From: a virus
Lineage: Duplodnaviria; Caudoviricetes
Strand: one strand, 5' to 3'
IMG/VR virus record: IMGVR_UViG_3300045146_000200
Location: 1 to 57,326 of that record
DNA length: 57,326 nt
Position numbers and translations under genes: made by a program. The notes beneath the pieces were generated by a model. It was not told where the DNA came from and did no database searches. It was given only the letters and a program-made list of their open reading frames with translations. The stretch's first letter is position 1; the number at the start of each line of letters is the position of its first letter. This document shows, in pieces, positions 52,919 through 57,326 of the stretch.

Positions 52919-55043
52919 TGTCCATCCTCCCTGCCCCGAGCACGTCGAGGCCAAGTTCAAGGCTGATGATCTGTTTCCCGCCATTCACGGATCGGAATGC
53001 CATCTGAAGCGCGAAGTCATATCCCGCTGCGCTAGCATTGTCCAGATTCGCAATCACGTCCTCGCTCGATAGGTCCGCTGTCGTTGTCACCACGGCACTC
53101 CCACTTCCGTCCGCGTACATGTTGATGTCGGCGTTCTTGAGCGTTGCTCCTTCAGCCGCGCTTATGTCCCTCGTGCGGATCCTGAGTTGCCTCGCCTGCT
53201 TCGTTACCTGGTCCGGGTTGGCGATCACCTGACCAAGCACTTGTGGATCGAGCCGCCCCGTCTTGATCTTCGTTTCGATACTGCCAATGGCATAGGTGTC
53301 CCCTGCCGCTGGCGTGAATGTAGGCCAAGCTGCTACGGTAATCTGCGTCCCTGTGTTGGCCGTGATGACGGCCTCCTGAGTCGTCGTGCCGTCTGTAGCG
53401 TCCTTCACCCAGATGGTGCAACCGATCAAGCCTTCCCCGGTCGTGTAGAATGCCGCCGCACCGTCCGTCAGGGTCGTCGCTGCTCCTGCCGTAGCTGTGC
53501 CGGTCATCGTGCCCGAGCCCGTATGCCTGTCTACGTACCCATTGTCTGGCTTGAAGAACCACCCGTTGTAGTCTCGGCTCGTGATGAGGAAGGTCTTCTT
53601 GTTCGAGAAGTTCTGCCGCCAATACCCGGCGCAATCGAACCCGAACGTGTACTTGCTCCACGGCGCTCCTGGCATACCGTAGTTCCACACGAGGGTCTTA
53701 TCGTTCCCCGTGAGGCCAGCCGTACTCATGTAGCTGAACCATATCTGTCGCCTGTCGCGCCAGTGCCATGCCCGGACTTCCTTGCCCCAGTTTCCGGCCA
53801 CCGTGCCATCCGGGTTTCCAATGGCATCCCACGTCCCCTGCGCGGGGAACACGCCATCGTCATCGGCAATGCGCTGAATCTGATTCACGTCGTAGGAGAC
53901 AGGGCCAGCCTGCCCACCCATGACCGCAAACTGTTCCATCTGTGCCAGCGCGTATGCCCACCCGCATCCCTGCTCGCTACTCACGGTCTGGATCTGATAC
54001 GAGATCCCGGCGTCTGTTACCTGAGTCGTCAGGTGAATGATGGTGCTCTGCTTGACGAGAATGATCTGGTTGAAGGCGACGTAGGCTGCGAGGATCGGCT
54101 CGCCATCCCCCGTTTCGAATTCGAGGTAATTGGAGCTTGGGACTTCCTCCGGCTTCAGGGCATTCGAGTAGTAGACGGTCAAGTACCCAGACCCACTCGG
54201 CTGGCAGATGTAGTAGGCCACCCCATCCTTGGCGATGATGAACCTCGCCTTCGGGGGTTGGCCTCCCTCGACGAGTTGATCCCCGAGGGAGTAATCCGCG
54301 ACGTTCGTGGTGTACGTGGTCTCAGTGTTGTTGATCGCCCCGTCGTAGTAGTACGGGGCAGTCCCGCTTCCATCCGTCCTGTAGATGTACCGCTTCGTCA
54401 CGCGCGGGTTGGTACTCACCGTGACGCCGGTAAGTTGAATCTGTTGATCCGTTGCGGTGACGGTATTACTCGCGGCACTCGCAGCGCCAATCACGTTGGC
54501 ATTGCCGTCTACGAAAACGTAGACAAACTTGTATGTGCCATTCAGTAAACCTGCCGCGCCAGTTGCTCCGACGCACGCTGCGGCTGGAGCTTCAACGCCG
54601 ACCCTCTGTGCATTCCCAGTCCCGCCCCAACTCCATGGGTGCATGTCCCCGTTTGTCGCGATGATCCTGTTGCGAATGCGAATGAAACTGTACGGGTATC
54701 CTAGCGTCCCTGCCGTCAGGTTGCTATCCCACGTTACTGGCGTAGCTACTCCGCTAGCCACGTCATACAGGATCTCGCTACCGCCCGATGGCAGGCCGAC
54801 GAAGATGTCTTTGTAGACCCCAACCGCTGTAGCGAAGTGGTCGAATCCGAGGACCCTGAGTGGAGTCCCGGCGCTCTTAAACCTGCTCGTGTTCCACTTC
54901 TGTATCCCACGTCTCGTCGCGCCGCGCCGATACCTGCTGAAGTCGATGTTCTGGCATACCTGCAACTGCGTAGGCTGGATCTCCGTGCCCTCGATGGCAT
55001 CATTCAGCCCACCCACACAGGATATCGGTACCCGAACATACAC
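52911..55043 (-). CDS. Tail nozzle / DNA stabilisation protein (P22 gp10 or T7 gp12-like)
   Basis: GGLND...CQNIDF...RRG start, YYSNALKPE..P, beta-propeller-like repeats; follows adaptor. Confidence 0.75.
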   Translation of the reverse strand: MYVRVPISCVGGLNDAIEGTEIQPTQLQVCQNIDFSRYRRGATRRGIQKWNTSRFKSAGTPLRVLGFDHFATAVGVYKDIFVGLPSGGSEILYDVASGVATPVTWDSNLTAGTLGYPYSFIRIRNRIIATNGDMHPWSWGGTGNAQRVGVEAPAAACVGATGAAGLLNGTYKFVYVFVDGNANVIGAASAASNTVTATDQQIQLTGVTVSTNPRVTKRYIYRTDGSGTAPYYYDGAINNTETTYTTNVADYSLGDQLVEGGQPPKARFIIAKDGVAYYICQPSGSGYLTVYYSNALKPEEVPSSNYLEFETGDGEPILAAYVAFNQIILVKQSTIIHLTTQVTDAGISYQIQTVSSEQGCGWAYALAQMEQFAVMGGQAGPVSYDVNQIQRIADDDGVFPAQGTWDAIGNPDGTVAGNWGKEVRAWHWRDRRQIWFSYMSTAGLTGNDKTLVWNYGMPGAPWSKYTFGFDCAGYWRQNFSNKKTFLITSRDYNGWFFKPDNGYVDRHTGSGTMTGTATAGAATTLTDGAAAFYTTGEGLIGCTIWVKDATDGTTTQEAVITANTGTQITVAAWPTFTPAAGDTYAIGSIETKIKTGRLDPQVLGQVIANPDQVTKQARQLRIRTRDISAAEGATLKNADINMYADGSGSAVVTTTADLSSEDVIANLDNASAAGYDFALQMAFRSVNGGKQIISLELGLDVLGAGRMDNA

Positions 55044-55052
55044 GGCTCATTC

Positions 55053-55772
55053 CTAGTAGTCAGAGTCTCCCAGAATCGTCGAATATCCTTGAATCCCAGG
55101 GGCAATACCCGGGAAGCCAGCCACCGCGCCCTTCGCCCCATACAACACGGTAGTCTCCAAGGGCCATTCGTCGGAGTCCATGGCGTCCTTCAGCCCGGCC
55201 TGATAGATCCCCTGCCACGTGATCCCCAGCGCCTTGTTCTGGTCGCTACCCGAGGCATACATCCAGATTAAGCAGTTCAAGAGTAGCTCGTGCAGGATGT
55301 ACGGCATCTGCGGCGTGTCGGTCAGGGCGAGATCGGAGAGCCCCTTTATGAACTCGAATTCGACTTGATACACGCCATCCGGCACGGGGTAGATTTTCAT
55401 GACAATGGCGTTGTCTTCGTCCTTATCGAATCCGCTCGCGGAGTACATGGCCGGGAAGCCAGTCTTCCCGTCTGGATACCATACCGTAGCCTGTTCCTTT
55501 GACACGGATTCGAGGGTGACTGTATGGGCTTCGATTCTGACGTTGCTTAGGCTGTTCGGCCGCACCCAATACGTGCCATCACCGACGAGCGGGTACTGCC
55601 GCACCTTATTCTGCGTGCTGACTACCCCGGTCATCGCGAGCCAACTCCACGGCCTGATGTGCTCGATGTGGTGATACGCCCGGTTGAGGAAGACAAGGAG
55701 CTTCGTGTCTGTCCCTGTTCCGGGGATCGTCAGGATGGTCTTGGCTGCGGTGATGATCTCTTGTGCGGTCAT
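55053..55772 (-). CDS. Head-tail adaptor protein
   Basis: FLNRAY...WSWL, GFP..YS, IYPVPDGVY, DTPQMP..LHELL. Confidence 0.8.
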   Translation of the reverse strand: MTAQEIITAAKTILTIPGTGTDTKLLVFLNRAYHHIEHIRPWSWLAMTGVVSTQNKVRQYPLVGDGTYWVRPNSLSNVRIEAHTVTLESVSKEQATVWYPDGKTGFPAMYSASGFDKDEDNAIVMKIYPVPDGVYQVEFEFIKGLSDLALTDTPQMPYILHELLLNCLIWMYASGSDQNKALGITWQGIYQAGLKDAMDSDEWPLETTVLYGAKGAVAGFPGIAPGIQGYSTILGDSDY

Positions 55773-56263
55773 GCCTTGGCCTCAGTCAGTGCCTTGGTTG
55801 GTGGCCGTCCACGCCTTCTGGCGATCTGTTCCTGCGCATGAACCTGTCCCTTTTCTGACAGGGCCTCCAATGCCTTGGACATCTCCTCCTGCTTCGCCGC
55901 CGCGCCTTCGTCGTCGGGCATAGGTGCGGCGAAGTTTGGGTCTGCGATAGCCGCCTGCTCGATACGCCGTTGCTTCATGTAGTTCTTGGCCAGCGGAGGT
56001 GGCATCGGGGGCGGTCTCGGCTCAACGTGAGACGGGCCACTCTTCACGTGCGTTTCGCTCGGAGTGAAGTTGCGCCTTTGTGGGGGCGGAACGGCGTTGG
56101 CAGGTTTGGACACAGGTTGGTCTCCCTGATCCCTCTGCCGATGCGTTCGGAGAGATGCCCCGGTGACAGGCGCACGTGGCTCCGGCTTACCCAAAGGGGC
56201 TCGCGCATGCTTGGCCGATGGCCAGAAGTTGTTCCAAGATGGGTCGAGGTAGTTGCCTGACAT
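55769..56263 (-). CDS. Hypothetical Pro-rich protein with RRGRPP motif
   Basis: GGGAG RBS; ATGA coupling. Confidence 0.65.
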   Translation of the reverse strand: MSGNYLDPSWNNFWPSAKHARAPLGKPEPRAPVTGASLRTHRQRDQGDQPVSKPANAVPPPQRRNFTPSETHVKSGPSHVEPRPPPMPPPLAKNYMKQRRIEQAAIADPNFAAPMPDDEGAAAKQEEMSKALEALSEKGQVHAQEQIARRRGRPPTKALTEAKA

Positions 56264-56274
56264 AATTGCTCCCT

Positions 56275-57045
56275 TTAGCCTTCAGCAAAACCCTTGACTC
56301 GAACGATGCCGTCCGCGGTACCAGCCGCACTCTTTGCAATGACGGCCACGTAACTCCCAGGATTGCACTGGATCGGTATGCCGCAGCACGGCGTCGAGTA
56401 CCCAACAATCTCGGCCGTCTTGTTCGTCGTGAATTGATCCCGGATCGCATACCCCTGCGTGATGTCTCGAATCCCCATGATCGTGTTCGAGTTCGGCGCG
56501 CTCTCGGGGTACTCGCGAATCTCCACGGTCACGTCGTCGTCCGTCGTAGACAGTGCCACCTCGAAGAAGGTAATACAGGTCGCCAGTCTGGAACTCTCGG
56601 GGTAGTCCTTCCCGCCGTAGACGTGCAGGATCTGCGTTTCCAGCCGACCCGCAGTGATCGTCAGCGTGCCGACCCCACTCTTCTCACGAACGGTGATGTT
56701 CCCGTTGGATTTCTTGCGCAGGGAGGCGGCGAAGATGTGGCCAATACTGCTGGTGAGTTCCACCGCAGACGCACCATTCAAACCGACTTCCTGTTGCCCG
56801 ATCATGCCCTCGCGGTCAACGTAGTGGACCGTCACGTAATGCCCATTGGCTGCGGTATCGGCTGCATGGGCGGACAGGCATTCCACTGTCCCAACCGCGG
56901 CCATGGCGACGTAGCTGTTTTCCGTGAGAAGGGCATAGGTGTCCGCCAGATTCGTGAACTTGGCGATCATCGAGAAGCCCTTGCCGTGCCTCACTGAACT
57001 GAACGGGCCGTCTGAACCATTCTGATACTTGTTCCAGGTGAACAT
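56275..57045 (-). CDS. Probable virion structural protein
   Basis: Beta-rich T/S/G composition; located between head and adaptor genes. Confidence 0.6.
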   Translation of the reverse strand: MFTWNKYQNGSDGPFSSVRHGKGFSMIAKFTNLADTYALLTENSYVAMAAVGTVECLSAHAADTAANGHYVTVHYVDREGMIGQQEVGLNGASAVELTSSIGHIFAASLRKKSNGNITVREKSGVGTLTITAGRLETQILHVYGGKDYPESSRLATCITFFEVALSTTDDDVTVEIREYPESAPNSNTIMGIRDITQGYAIRDQFTTNKTAEIVGYSTPCCGIPIQCNPGSYVAVIAKSAAGTADGIVRVKGFAEG

Positions 57046-57074
57046 GCTCGTCTCGTCTCGTTAGAGTATAAGGC

Positions 57075-57122
57075 GGGGAGGGAGGCGTTGAATCTGATGA
57101 TGATCTGACTGCCTCCCTCCCC
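57075..57122. other. Perfect 12-bp inverted repeat with 24-nt loop
   Basis: GGGGAGGGAGGC (57075-86) / GCCTCCCTCCCC (57111-22). Confidence 0.75.
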
Positions 57123-57158
57123 TAGTTGTAGACCCGGGACCTACCGGGCCGTCCGCAA

Positions 57159-57326
57159 TCACAACGTGAGCATGACCGGGCTGTACGAGCCAATCGCCCC
57201 GGCGTCATCCGCCGTTGCAACCACCTGTTGTGTGTACCCGGCGCGAGGCATGAGGCCTCCCGCCGTGCCCGATCCGATGGTGAGCACCTGCCCGCGACTC
57301 CACGTCTGGTCCACCAGGACGGAGCC
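57159..57326 (-). CDS. 3' end of a gene cut by the window edge, probable capsid decoration/cement protein
   Basis: Open frame ...SRGQVLTIGSGTAGGLMP...QVVATADDAGAIGSYSPVMLTL-stop at 57159. Confidence 0.5.
   Translation of the reverse strand, partial: GSVLVDQTWSRGQVLTIGSGTAGGLMPRAGYTQQVVATADDAGAIGSYSPVMLTL

Noticed and set aside
42290-54548. Long plus-strand ORFs (42290..43564, 47630..48964, 53187..54548)
   Set aside because: Antisense shadows of GC-rich minus-strand genes; no motifs or convincing RBS.
1-57326. Alternative genetic code or integrated prophage boundaries
   Set aside because: Genes pack tightly under code 11 with all three stops used; no integrase, att site or host housekeeping block was seen.

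Overview
The window is most of a tailed-phage genome, probably podovirus-like with P22/T7-type tail and ejection proteins. It is opened inside the late operon: the left edge holds the start of a probable portal gene and the right edge the end of a probable capsid decoration gene, so the major capsid gene is not in view. Order: terminase module (-, 1-3.9 kb); a TylF-GmhA-CysC operon with its own promoter and a structured 5' leader (+, 4.0-5.8 kb); RecT-like annealase and Cas4-like nuclease (-, 6.0-8.3 kb); a long rightward arm with FkbM-like methyltransferase, heptose kinase, two DNA adenine methyltransferases, an iteron-containing replication initiator and DnaB (8.5-23.7 kb); a non-coding region where C/G skew flips, probably a genome end, followed by a sigma54 promoter with enhancer-like palindromes and a cassette-like array of small early genes (23.7-30.1 kb); RusA, a small HIGH nucleotidyltransferase, a methyltransferase, a GT9-like glycosyltransferase and a sulfotransferase-like gene (30.2-35.4 kb); and a leftward late arm with virion genes, an LPD38 protein, a second GT9-like enzyme, small membrane/lipoprotein genes, a CysH-family gene and another methyltransferase (35.3-57.3 kb). 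The most notable feature is a dispersed gene set that could make and attach a heptose-containing, methylated and sulfated glycan, including a candidate minimal ATP sulfurylase. No integrase, DNA polymerase, endolysin, tRNA or CRISPR array was recognised. All protein calls come from motif recognition by eye, not database searches.
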